NCBI GenBank assembly: GCA_964016885.1
Contig: OZ024747.1
Coordinates: 9,052,001 to 9,116,000 of the forward strand
Direction: 5' to 3'
DNA from: Eledone cirrhosa
Lineage: Eukaryota
Length of the DNA: 64,000 nt
Shown here: piece by piece, positions 52,444 to 64,000 of the stretch
Numbering within the stretch: position 1 is the first letter of the stretch
Layout of the letters: each line of letters begins with the position of its first letter
Notes under the pieces: generated by a model
What the model was told of the DNA's origin: nothing
Seen by the model: the letters and a program-made list of their open reading frames with translations, nothing else
The model's database searches: none
Position numbers and translations under genes: made by a program

Positions 52444-53892
52444 CAACAACAACAACAACAGCAGCAGCATCAACTTCAACAACGCCCTCAACATAATCAT
52501 TTATATTCTAATAATTATAACTATGCAAACAGTAATAGCAACCTTAACAACAATTCTGGTAGTAGTATGATGAATGTAAATCATTCAGGTACTGTTACAG
52601 GTTCTAATCATAATAGTAGCCTATCACCTGGTTCAGTTTGTAGCATGAATTCTGAAGTGAAAGAATTCAGGTGTAATCTCTGTCCCAAAATATTCTCACA
52701 ACAGGCAGGTCTTCAAATTCACACGAGAATCCATTTAGAAAAACCTTTAAAAAATAGTCCTAAGGATTATGGTCAAGAATCTGGTCAGAAAAGCCGTGCT
52801 TCAGAAAAGACATATGAATGTAATGTATGCTTCAAGACATTTAACCAACAAGTGAATTTGCGTAACCATGAACGTACTCATACGGGTGAAAGACCTTTCC
52901 AGTGTAATGTCTGCATGAAATCATTCACCCAACAAACTATACTCCATAACCACCAACGTGTTCACTCAGGTGAGAAGCCCTTCAGATGTATTATCTGTGA
53001 GAAATCATTTAGTAACCAAACTATTTTAAAAAACCATGAACGCGTGCATACTGGTGAGCGTCCATTTAAGTGTGCCAGTTGTCCCAAGGCATTCAGTAAT
53101 CAAACAATCCTAAAGAACCATGAACGTGTACACTCGGGAGAAAAACCTTTCCAGTGTACTTTATGTCTGAAAGTTTTTAGTCAGCAAACGAGTTTGAAAA
53201 ATCATCAACGTGTTCACACAGGAGAGAAGCCCTTTCAATGTGGTGTTTGCTTGAAATCTTTCAGTCATCAAACCATTCTTAAAAATCATGAAAGAATCCA
53301 TTCTGGTGAGAAACCATATAAATGCTTAGTTTGTTCAAAGGCATTTAGTCACCAAACCATACTAAAGAATCATGAACGTATCCATTCTGGAGAGAAGCCA
53401 TTTGAATGTAGCGTCTGTTTGAAGTCCTTTAATCAGCAGACTATTCTTCGAAACCATCAGAAAACACACACTGGGGCATTTCCATACTGCTGCTCTTTCT
53501 GCACAAAGGTCTTCTCAGAAGAAGAGCATTTAAAAGACCATGAATATGTCCATCGAAAACATCAAGGAATTAGAAATGATCTCCCTCGAGAGGATGATGT
53601 GGGAAGTCCTACACCACCATATACACCTCCAGTTCAGTCATCTTCCTCACCCCCTTTGTCATCAAGGTCTTCTCCAATGCAACAGTCTGTCCCATCAACT
53701 TCAGCTCCATCCCCATCTCCTGTACCATTCTCTTCAGCACCCATTCCACCAATGTGGCGACCGCCCGCCTATCTACAACCTATGCCACCACAGTATTGGG
53801 AAAATGACTACAACTGGTCGAGGGCTTTCTCTGTGTCAACATATTTAACACCTTGGACAAAAAGATCTTCTAATCGTGGAAAAACCCATTGA
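52219..53892 (+). CDS. C2H2 zinc-finger protein, 557 aa: polyQ/Asn-rich N-terminus, 10 fingers, Pro/Ser-rich C-terminus
   Basis: ORF with ten C2H2 units and TGE[KR]P/SGEKP linkers; Q19 tract; acceptor tcttttcag ending at 52149. Confidence 0.95.
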
Positions 53893-53969
53893 AAGAACTT
53901 CATCAATATCCTCATTATACTGCCATTATCATCATCATTATTATTATTATTATTATCATTATAAGAGTG

Positions 53970-54415
53970 AAGGGTTGGCAGTGTTGTTAGAGTGTCAGAT
54001 AAAATGCTTTGCAGTATTTGCTTCAACTCTTAACATTCTGAGTTCAAATCCTGCCAATGTCAACTTGGCTTCAGGTCCTTCCAGGGTTGATAAAATGAAG
54101 TACTGGGATTGATGTAACTGATTTGTCTTCACTCGAAAATGTTGGTTTTGTCTCTCAATTAAAAACTATTATTATTATTATAATAGGTATTCAGGGTGGT
54201 GGACTAGTAGTATTGGTAGAACATCGGACACCATGCTTTGCAGTATAGAGTTACAATCCTTTATGTTCTGAGTTCAAGTCCTGTTGAGGTTAGCTTTGCC
54301 TTTCATCCTTACGGGGGTTGATAAAATAAAGCACCAGTAATGCACTGGGGTAGATTTAATCGACTCTCCTCTCCCTCAAAATTGTTGGCCTTGTGCGTAA
54401 ATCAGAAACCATTGT
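53970..54415 (+). mobile_element. Two tandem SINE copies just after the second ZNF stop codon
   Basis: Same head, B box and core motifs; (ATT)n spacers. Confidence 0.8.
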
Positions 54416-57400
54416 TAATATATCTGTTGGAGCATATGTAACATGGTCCTCCAAGCCATCTAGGAGAGCAGTAACTCTGATAAGAATTGCAATGACCTAT
54501 AGCAGAATGGAAACCAGACAGAAAATGATGAAGAAATTAGGCGTTATAGTGGCAGGTTAAAAACCTTGCAGTACTTGGTTATATCCAGGGCCAGCGCTTC
54601 CATTAAGGCCACTTAAGTAGCCACCTACAGTGCTGACCTGAGAGAGGCACATTACTGAACCTGAAATGATAACAGTTCTATGCAAATTTGTATAATCAAA
54701 TATATAATAATTTCCTGTAACAAATAGATTGTGGAAATAGTTAAAGCAGTGGAGAGAATTGTATGATGTAATGACCTGTCTCATGATTTGACATGGATGG
54801 GGGTGGACTGTGTAGTAGAAAGTGTAGGCTTAGTTATTTTCTTGGTGTGTCCAGAGGCAAGAAGTGTAAAAAATTGGGTTTCTCAGTTTATCAAACTGTT
54901 AAGTTGAAATGATTTGAGAAAATATGTTGTATATCAGGGAGAAGAAGGCACACATTATATATATGTATATATATATCCCCCTCCTCATCATCATCTTCTA
55001 ATATCTTCTTTCCCTGCTAGCAAGGTTTGGATGGGTCTACATAGACAAAGTCAGTACTGAAGTGGGGCTACTGATCTCCCAGACAGGCCAGGGATCTGTG
55101 TCTTGCTTATGTATGGTCTCACATTCCACTGAATGCACAGGGTAGTTTGTCATATCCTTGACACAACTAATGGTCCTCTCAACCCTTTGTTTGGCAAGAT
55201 TAATACAGCTGAATGCCCTTCCTATCACCAACCACTTCACAGCATCAATATATATATTAGGGTGCTAAATGCCCAGGTGCTGGTTCTGGTTACATCTCTT
55301 TATATTCAAATCCCAAGTGTGTAGGGGCTCAACGTTGGCCTTTCATCCCATCTCCATATGACAACATATGCAGTCCCCAAATCAATATTACCTCTCTAAT
55401 AAAAAAAAAAATGCGTTTTTGTGCCAATGTCAAAAAGCAAAACTAAATCATAATTGTCCTCATCATAATCATCACCATATCATTATCATCATCATCATCA
55501 TAATCAGTTATTATCATCATAATCACCATCATCATTATTATCATAATCATACCTATATAATTATCCTCATCTTTATCATCACTGACATCATCATCATTGT
55601 TGTCATTATGCTAATTGTCATCATCATCAGGTTCTCATCACTCAATATATTTTTATTTTATACAACAACACACCAAGCATACATTTCCTGTCATTATTGT
55701 TACGAGCTTGGGAATTTACAGTTATTACTATGACTTCTCTCTCTCTCCCTTCCTCTGTCTCTCTCATATTAGCAGGGAAAATGGGAGGTGTTGAATGGGG
55801 ACATATATGTATTTCATATATTAGCAAATTGATGACAAACCTGTAATCTTCACTGCTAGAAACCAAAGAATGCATCTTCTTGGATGACTTGTTGGATCCC
55901 CATTGGTTCCGGCAACAAGTGTCTGGACACTCCACAGATGAGGTATTAAGTGGCTAAGAGTGCGAGACTCATCCTTAGATGGAACACCAGTTCATATGAA
56001 AGTTAACCCCCAGCTGTTTGCTGGTATTAATTTCTTCAGTTGAGAAGACTGGGGCAACATAAACTGCTGTACGTAAAGACACAATACACTGCCAAATCTG
56101 GGGATCAAACTCCCAACCTTATGATCCCAAGACACACTCTAACCTTTATAAGTTCATGACTTTGTGCCAATCCAAGGAATAAATCACTGTTTGATATTAT
56201 TGTTTGAAAGTGCTCAATAACTATAAAGATAAAGTACTTTACTACTCACCATTCAATTTATATATGATATGTTCTTGGGCAAATAGCAGTTTGTCTAGCA
56301 GACAACAGGCTTCATTTTTATTTCACTGTTAACTGGTTAATAGTAGCTAGTGATGTTTTCACAGTTGAAAAATGCTATTTGAATTGTATTAACAATCACC
56401 ATTTAGGAAGGCATGAATGCCTTCTCCACTCCCCATCATCACCACTACCACCACTATTTCAGACAAGCAAGCAGAGTTGTTAAAGTGTTAGATTAAATGT
56501 CTTGGTACTTGTTCTGGCTCATTGCACTCTGAGTTTAAATCCTGCCGAGGTCAACTTTGCCTTTCATCTGTTTGAGGTTGATAAAGTATCAGTCCAGTAC
56601 AGGGGTGGATTCTTCCTTTATATATCTTTATCACTTCTCTCTCTTTCTCTAGAAGAAATTGGCTATGTTCTGACCTGGAGAGGGATTGGCCCTGCCAGTT
56701 TTAAAATACCCATTACAGGGCCCTCTACAACTCTCTCAAGAGTTAAGGACCATTTCCTTTCCTAAAGATACATCTAATCATCTCTCACCATCAGAACTTT
56801 TAATTTGACCATCACCATCATTCTTCATTAACTTTTACCAAAGAATCTGTATTTTGTTTTCAAGTATTTCACATTAATTCTGCTGAATAACTTATTTATT
56901 TATTATAAAACCCCTGTCCTCTGCCAAATCTAACATCTGTAATCTATACATTTCTTTATTTCTTCAAGGTTCTAAAGCCTAATGGAATATTCTAGTGTAT
57001 TCATTGACATTGTATGTTTCAACAAATAAAGTTTCTGAAGGAATTTAAAAGATATTAACACAAAAGTGTTAACAGCTTTGTTTATTTGTCATTTAGTCAT
57101 TGATATATTACCAATAATCAGAACCTTTGTAAAATATATATAGTACACTCTATTAAGGGGTAGTGCTGGTGCCACAATAAAGTACACACAGTACACTCTG
57201 AAAATGGTGGTGCTGGTGCCATTATAGAATGTAACAATAACAGCAAAATTCTCCTTGAACATAAACCTAACCATCTTAGAACCTGCTAGAAATAGCAGAC
57301 AAATCTCCCTCAAATCACACTCCGTCTGTCTTTTGAAATGCTCGAAATATCAGTCAAATAACCTAACTTGATGTCTTACACAATGCTTGTAATAGCAACG

Positions 57401-58449
57401 AAATTTCCTTTCAGTTATACCTTTAATTTGTTAGATTTGGTGGCTATTTCCAGCATTTTCTATCTTAAATGCATGTTTTAATTTAATCTATTTTAATACG
57501 TATCTCTTCAAATTTTCGGTAAAAGATATGCACTACCGAGAAAGTTATTAAAAACTAAAACACTTGATTAGATAACGAGAGTAGGAGGTACATGTTAGTT
57601 TATTTCCAGCAAGAAGATCGGTGAAGTTTATGTTAGTATGTCTATATCTCTATCTGTCTGTGTGTATGTCTGTTTAATCAATAATATGGTAAATAAACAT
57701 TCCTGTTCTAGTTTCACAAGTATGTAGTTATTGAAACTAATAAAAACTCAGATTCATATATTAATATAAATCACCGCCTTGTGATCCCAGCGAACAGGAT
57801 GGAGAAAACATTGCCTCGGAGATAGCGAAGGAGACGCGCAGGAACAGCCATTCCACCTGGTGGGGCTCGCACTTGCAGGTAGCCAACTCAACCTCGATAG
57901 CAATAAGTAAGGACGTGGTCCATAGGCCCAAAACACCAGAAATCGTCACTGCAAAGAAAATTGAAGGGAAGTAATTCACAGAAAAAGGTTGAACGATTTA
58001 TTTCCCATGGATCGTAATTCTACAGATTGACAGTTAGCATAGGGGACGTTCAACCACAGAGTCAATACAATAGACGTTCAACCGGACAGCCAGGGCACCA
58101 AATGTTCAGTCATATAACATGCCGTTTGTTCAATCAAACTACCCACCTCATATCAGAAATAGTAGCCAAAGCTCCATTAAATCTCAGAACATTTTGCCAT
58201 ATAAAGTGCTGAAAATAGTAGCTTCCACTACCATAGAACATGCTAGAAACAGCAGCAAATATTTCTCGAACCACAAAAGAGGTACTGGATGTTTTTAAAT
58301 AGCTAAAATGGGATTGTATAATGTTTGCAATAAAAGGAAAAAAGGAGCGGCAGACATTTCACTCTAGTCTAGAGGGCATATCTCAGCAAGAAATGTGGAT
58401 GGACCTTAGAGAGGGACCAGCAGTACAAGTCAGCAGCAGTGTAGTAAGG

Positions 58450-59240
58450 CAATTAAGGACATGAAAACAGCCAAAGGAGCGGGGCTATAAGTAATAGTTG
58501 CTGAGATGCTGAAAGCATCTGGGATGGTAGGAGACACCTTATCTACCTATTTTGTTAATCAAGTTATACAAATTGGTGCCATAGCCAATGTTTGGCGTAG
58601 CAGTAGCATCATCAACTGTTACAAGGTGATGCGCTAGACAGAGAGACTATCATGACATAAAACTGATGGATCATATGAAAGTTATAGAAAGAGTCATTGT
58701 ACAACTGATTAGGGATCGAATTAACCTAGATGAGATGCAGTTTGTGCCACAGATTCTGTTTTCCTTGTGAGGCAACTCCAGGAAAAGTACCTAGCTAAAA
58801 GCAAACCCCTCTACTTAGCATTTGTCAACCTAGAGAAAGATTTTGAGAGGGTTCCCCATTCTGTAATCTGGTGGGCTCTTAGGAAACTAGGAGTAGAAGA
58901 GTGGCTAGGGAGGACAGTACAAGCCATGTACAGAAGTGTTGTTTGCAAGGTTAAAGTTAATAATTGTTTCCACTTTAGGCACAAGGCCAGCAATTATCCA
59001 GTGCATTACTGGTACTTTATTTTATCGACCCCGTAAGGATGAAAGGCAAAGTCAACCTCGGCGGGATTTGAAATCAGATCGTAAAGGGACGTAACTATGC
59101 TGGAAAGCATGGCGTCAGACCCTCTACCGATACTGCCAATCCACCGCCCCTTGGTTAAAGTTAATAATGACTATAGCGAGGAATTTAGTGAGCAAGTTGA
59201 GGTCCACCAAGGCTCCGTCGTAGCCCTCTTGTTTATCATT
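58450..59240 (+). mobile_element. Decayed RTE LINE RT fragment, interrupted by a SINE
   Basis: RQLQEKYLAKSKPLYLAFVNLEKDFERVP...; VEVHQGSV resumes after the SINE. Confidence 0.88.
58965..59152 (-). mobile_element. Young full-length SINE of the same family, inserted in an RTE fragment
   Basis: 16-bp TSD GGTTAAAGTTAATAAT at 58949-58964 and 59153-59168. Confidence 0.92.
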
Positions 59241-60007
59241 AAACCTAAAACGAACCCTAACCCAGCGAAAAAAAAAGTCTATTGCGAGCATCTAAGAGGT
59301 CCAGAAAAAATCGAGGAAAAATAATTATTTTCCACTAAACGCGAGAAGTATATCGATCTGTGAAACTCCAAGGGTCTTTCCACCCCCTTTAAACCCCCTC
59401 CACCATTTTTCTACAAATGTAGTCGGTTCCGACTGGTTTGGAGGTCATATTCGTTGATTGCGTGCGAAAAAAAAAAAAATCGTTGGGAAAACTCCATCCT
59501 TCCCCCACCTTTCTCTGTGAAAAAAAGGTAAATTGTCAGTATCTTGGAGGTTAGATTAGTTGATAGCACACAAAAAAATCATGGAAAAACATTTTCCTCA
59601 CTGAAGTCGAGTGGAGTGTTCTATAATAATACCATATATATACATATATATGTGTATATATGTCTTTGTAAAGTGAGGTTCCACGACAGCCTTTTTGGTA
59701 GCTTTGTATACAGAGGAGGCTGCAGTGAAAATAAACAATGATAAACAGTGAAGAGGGGATCTAAGGGAGATAAGTTAAACGTTGTCTTTTATAGATATTT
59801 TTTTTTTATAACATTGGATCATGTCTTTGTGATTGAAACTGTCGTTTTATCTCTTGGATAAGTACAAGAGAAAGTATAAATTATTTCTCTAAGCTTAGAT
59901 TTTTGTTATAATCAGTGTCTCTATGTAACTTTGTTATGTATTTGGAATATATTAACATAGAATTAATTCTCTGTGAAATAAAAGAAAATACTTTGGCTCA
60001 GGTAAGT
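59240..60007 (+). promoter_or_regulatory. Candidate promoter or 5' UTR exons of the third ZNF gene
   Basis: CpG-enriched 59240-59500, dyad AGTCGG-TT-CCGACT at 59421, donor-like AAG|GTAAAT (~59528) and CAG|GTAAGT (60001/60002). Confidence 0.35.
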
Positions 60008-60286
60008 TTCTTGTGAACATTTTATGTCGTTTATTTCATTGTTTATCTTCACTTGTCTTCGAAATATTCCTGTTAAACCGTATTTTTGTACATCGGCTCA
60101 AACTTTGCAACCCGTTTCTATTCTTTCCGTTAATTGATTTAATTTATACTTTATGTCATTGGTTCTTTGATGTCCTCGAGAAGACCATGAACAACACAAC
60201 ATCTAGTTTGTTAGTTATTTCCTTGGATAATTTGAGGATTTATTATGGAATTACAGTACAGCACAATTTGGCGATTCGTTTTGGTA

Positions 60287-60320
<34 letters not shown>

Positions 60321-60460
60321 AATATATAATTTATATATTTATATATATATATATATATATGAGTCTGAAATTTGCTATCGAAACGGCAAGAGCTCAGCCG
60401 TCGGTCTTCGACTCTCTAATACATATATAGCATTACAAATTGTAATGCTACAATTGTGAA

Positions 60461-60799
60461 TATTCTGGGGTCCCAAATAATAGGAGAGGTGGAATAAGGA
60501 TGGGGATCGGTAATTCTTCTAGGTTGTCTCCGTTGATTTAAAATAAAAACAGAATTAGTCGTTTAGTTTACATATTGAGACCCCCAATCCATCTTATTTA
60601 TTTTATAACATATGGGATTTCTAGTAATGCACTTTTTTTTGTCATGTATAATGTTTTTTAATGTATAAAGAAAATTAATTGTCGCAGCAAATTTAATAAT
60701 CGGGGTGGGGTGGTTGGTATAAGAGCGGGGGTGGGGGGTTGGAAAAATCTGAATAATTCATAAGCGGAGGGAGGGGCGATTATTCGAGACTCGAGAGTA
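60461..60799. mobile_element. Old TA-bounded MITE-like element
   Basis: Imperfect TIRs TATTCTGGGGTCCCAAATAAT / ATTATTCGAGACTCGAGAGTA. Confidence 0.45.
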
Positions 60800-60815
60800 A
60801 TCAAAATTCTTTAAT

Positions 60816-60866
<51 letters not shown>

Positions 60867-62008
60867 AATTTTAAAGTTAGAAGTATCAACATTTGACTTC
60901 AAAGATAGTTCTAATACGTTGGACATATAAATTCTAGGGACGGAAAATCCTAACAGCATCTAATTCCAACACGGTAGATATCTCGACTTGCTAGAACTAG
61001 CAGCCAAATCCCATCCTACCATATAGAAAGGAGACATAGGATAAGGTAGTTGATGCATTTAACAATAAAATAGGGAAAATGCATTGTCTTGGCTGGAAAA
61101 CCTTTACTCATAACTGGCTTGGGACAACAACAATAACAACAAATTGTTAATCACAAGGACACCATTATGAATTAATAACTCTCCCTGCAAATGGAGTACT
61201 CAATATGGGTTCAGTTCAAGATAGCGATTTTCGTTCTCGCAGTTCTTTCGTTTTAAGTAGACGGTAATGAAAGATCAATAATTTCATTTTGTATTTAGTT
61301 AAACCAATTACAATAATTTCCTTCCATATTTTCTCTTACCAATAAATTATTCTGAGTATATATACAATATTATACAAAATTCCTGTTGATAAGGGAAGGG
61401 AGGACAAAAGATAAAGTGATGTTCCCATGCAACTTATGATAGTTCTTTTCCTTTTACTAATAAAGTATTGGGAATTTATATATATATAGATCAATTGGTA
61501 CCATTCATTTTCATTTTATTAGCCGATTAATTACTGCGATTATTGTCTGCTTAAGACAACAGAACACCCGATTCTTCGGTAGTGTTGTTGGTGTATGTGA
61601 GAAAAGTATGAATGTTTCTCATTCTTATGAATTTCTGTTGCCTTGAGTCTGAGAACCAAAGTTCCATATACCCAAAGTTATTTTAAAATTCTTTGTCTTT
61701 AGTCCAAAAAAAAAAATCAAAATCATCAGTGCGTTATGTATTTATTTTTTCTTAATTATTTAGAAGAACGATAAATTAATTAATTTGTAAATTTTTCATG
61801 AAATAGGTAGTTTTAAAAGTAGACATGGTTATTTGGTTCAGTAGTTCGTTTCGCAATTGTCTGTTTTGCATTCAATCTGATTGCACGGTACTTTCGGCCA
61901 AGTGTTTCCTATATTCCAATATTCTTGGGTTGATGAAAGTCTGCTAAGTGGAATTTTGTTGGAAGACGTTGCCTGTGATTTTCAAATAATTTTGAAGATA
62001 AATAACTT

Positions 62009-62212
62009 TCGGTAGAGCGTCGGACAACATGCTTTGCAGTGTAGAGTTACGGCCCTTTACGTTCTGAGTTCAAATCCTGCCGGGGTTAACTTTGTCTTTC
62101 ACCCTTACGGGGTCGATATAATAAAGTACCAGTAACGTACTGGGGTCGATTTAATCGACTTTCGCCTCCCCCAAAATTGTTGGCCTTGTGCCCAAATCAG
62201 AAACCATTATTA
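62009..62212 (+). mobile_element. SINE, same family, nested in a TTAA MITE
   Basis: Well-conserved B box and core. Confidence 0.85.
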
Positions 62213-62520
62213 AGAACATAACTTAACAAAGGTTCTGGTATAAAATTATGATGGAAGGCTTTTAGCTAAATGTAAACACTTAAAAATAAATTGCTTGGCA
62301 TTATAAAATAAAGGCTAATTTAAGGCAGTTTGGTATGAAAAGGGTTAAAATGACCGAAATTTTCATGCAGAAAATTTAAGTATTGAACTGTAACAATGAA
62401 ATACACCTTCTGTTTCAGTGGAAATACCAAAATGTGCTTATTTTGTGTATATACACTGCCACAAGAATATGGACATACTGACTTTGTTTTGTCTACGTTT
62501 ATCATTAGAACTTAAATACT

Positions 62521-62710
62521 ATAATTGTTTCTACTTTTGACACAAGACCAGCAATTATCCCAGTGTATTACTGGTACTTTATTTTATCAACCCCGTAAGG
62601 ATGAAAGGCAAAGTTAACCTCGGCGGGATTTGAACTCAGACCATAAAGGGCTTTAACTCTTTGCTGCAAAGCATGGCGTCCGACCCTCTATCGATACTGA
62701 CATTCCACAT
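62521..62710 (-). mobile_element. SINE, same family, in inverted orientation
   Basis: Close match to 58965-59152. Confidence 0.88.
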
Positions 62711-63051
62711 GCTATAATGTCTTTTTCACAGTTGTATAAAAAAATATAATAATATAATGCTTACAGAACGAAAACACAAACAAATATAATATATACAAAG
62801 GGAAGGGAAAGGTAATACACATAGAACTGTTTCCAATTCTTTTGTGAAGTTATGTGACTTAGTAGTTAGGATGTTGGACTCCGTCTTAAAGTCATGTTTA
62901 ATTCCTGGACTGTGTGGTTCTTTTTAATTTCTTTTCTTCTCATTTTATAGACTGCTTGTATCATTTGACGCTTTTTACTGCCAATTATCATTCTATCATT
63001 ATTTATTTCATCTAATAAAATCTCTCTTTTTTCATATTTTAATCAACAGAT

Positions 63052-63852
63052 ATGATGGAGAAATGCAGCATTGAGAAGGTAAACAGCCGACATTCTAGCA
63101 ACCTGGTTGATATTGACAAACCAGTTTCTGCTAGGATGGATGTAACTTCTTATAACTTGTCAAACCAACATGGCCATGTTATAGATATAAGTAATGATGA
63201 TGATGAAGAGGAGGTGGAGGAGGAAGATCTTATTTATAACATCAGTGGCAAAGACAATGAGAAAAATGACACAAAGTCTTCCTCACATACAAACTCTAAG
63301 CCAACCGAGCAAAAGACTAAATCAAAATGGAAATCTGCACCTTTGTGTTTGTTTCATTGTGAGTTCTGTGACCAGCAGTTTTTGAACAGTGAACTTCTTG
63401 AAGTTCACCGAAGGCGTCACCATTCCATTTCCAGGGGCAACCACACTACTGAGACCAACACAGTTGAGATTAGAATCGATGACAGCACCAGCGAGAGTGA
63501 AGTAGACGACAGTGAGCTTTATCACTGTGAAGTCTGTGGTAAACTGTTTACAGATATTAATCTGGTACAGCAACATCGACGAGCTCACTACGGTATCAAA
63601 GTATTCCAGTGTGATGTCTGTAGTAAGAACTTCTCTGAGAGGAGTCATCTGTTGCGCCACAAACGCACCCACACAGGAGAGAGACCGTTTGGTTGTGATA
63701 TATGTGGCAAGTATTTTGCTCGCTCAGACAAACTCCTCAGACACAAACGAATACACACTGGAGAGAAACCTTATCACTGTGAAATATGTGGTAAAGGGTT
63801 TGGGAGGTCTGATAAATTGTTACAGCATAAACGAACACATTTCACAAATTAG
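63052..63852 (+). CDS. C2H2 zinc-finger protein, 266 aa: acidic N-terminus, one isolated finger plus 4 tandem fingers
   Basis: ORF with five C2H2 units and a DDDEEEVEEED tract; pyrimidine tract and cag acceptor ending at 63049, just before the ATG. Confidence 0.93.
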   Translation: MMEKCSIEKVNSRHSSNLVDIDKPVSARMDVTSYNLSNQHGHVIDISNDDDEEEVEEEDLIYNISGKDNEKNDTKSSSHTNSKPTEQKTKSKWKSAPLCLFHCEFCDQQFLNSELLEVHRRRHHSISRGNHTTETNTVEIRIDDSTSESEVDDSELYHCEVCGKLFTDINLVQQHRRAHYGIKVFQCDVCSKNFSERSHLLRHKRTHTGERPFGCDICGKYFARSDKLLRHKRIHTGEKPYHCEICGKGFGRSDKLLQHKRTHFTN

Positions 63853-63897
63853 TGTTATATATATATAAAAAAAAAAGAAAATTTCGCTCTATATATA

Positions 63898-63949
<52 letters not shown>

Positions 63950-64000
63950 CTTTGTTGTATATATATATTATAAAGAGTCTGGACCCGACAGCTGAGCTCT

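Noticed and set aside
57770-57948. Selenoprotein-like read-through frame (in-frame TGA) or C/D snoRNA on the minus strand
   Set aside because: No SECIS identified; boxes C and D are both mismatched; another frame is fully open
59251-59300. AACCCTAACCC as a telomerase RNA template or interstitial telomere
   Set aside because: Only ~1.5 repeats; followed by A-runs, not a U-rich pseudoknot; no CR4/5 or H/ACA features seen
60428-60450. 23-bp palindrome TAGCATTACAA-A-TTGTAATGCTA
   Set aside because: Short, AT-rich and wedged between two repeats; no support for a function

Overview
Eukaryotic, AT-rich, repeat-dense animal DNA with no prokaryotic features and no CRISPR array. It is most likely a coleoid cephalopod (octopus-like), inferred from the tandem C2H2 zinc-finger genes, the SINE families and the abundant TA/CA microsatellites. 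Three co-oriented C2H2-ZNF genes each have the CDS in one exon: 17989-19479, 52219-53892 and 63052-63852. Between them lie tRNA-derived SINEs, decayed RTE, Tx1/L1, R4/Dong, CRE and Penelope retroelement fragments, TTAA- and hAT-type MITEs, two minisatellites and many microsatellites. The most interesting signals are: (i) an intact-looking minimal type I hammerhead ribozyme in a ~330-bp tandem duplication, with a competing upstream hairpin, plus several degenerate hammerheads beside TA repeats; (ii) two ZNF proteins with strikingly homogeneous recognition helices, which may read trinucleotide-periodic DNA; (iii) TA-flanked palindromic elements; (iv) an unexplained GC-rich exon-like island at ~57.8 kb. 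Everything was read by eye, so repeat boundaries are approximate and family names are unverified.
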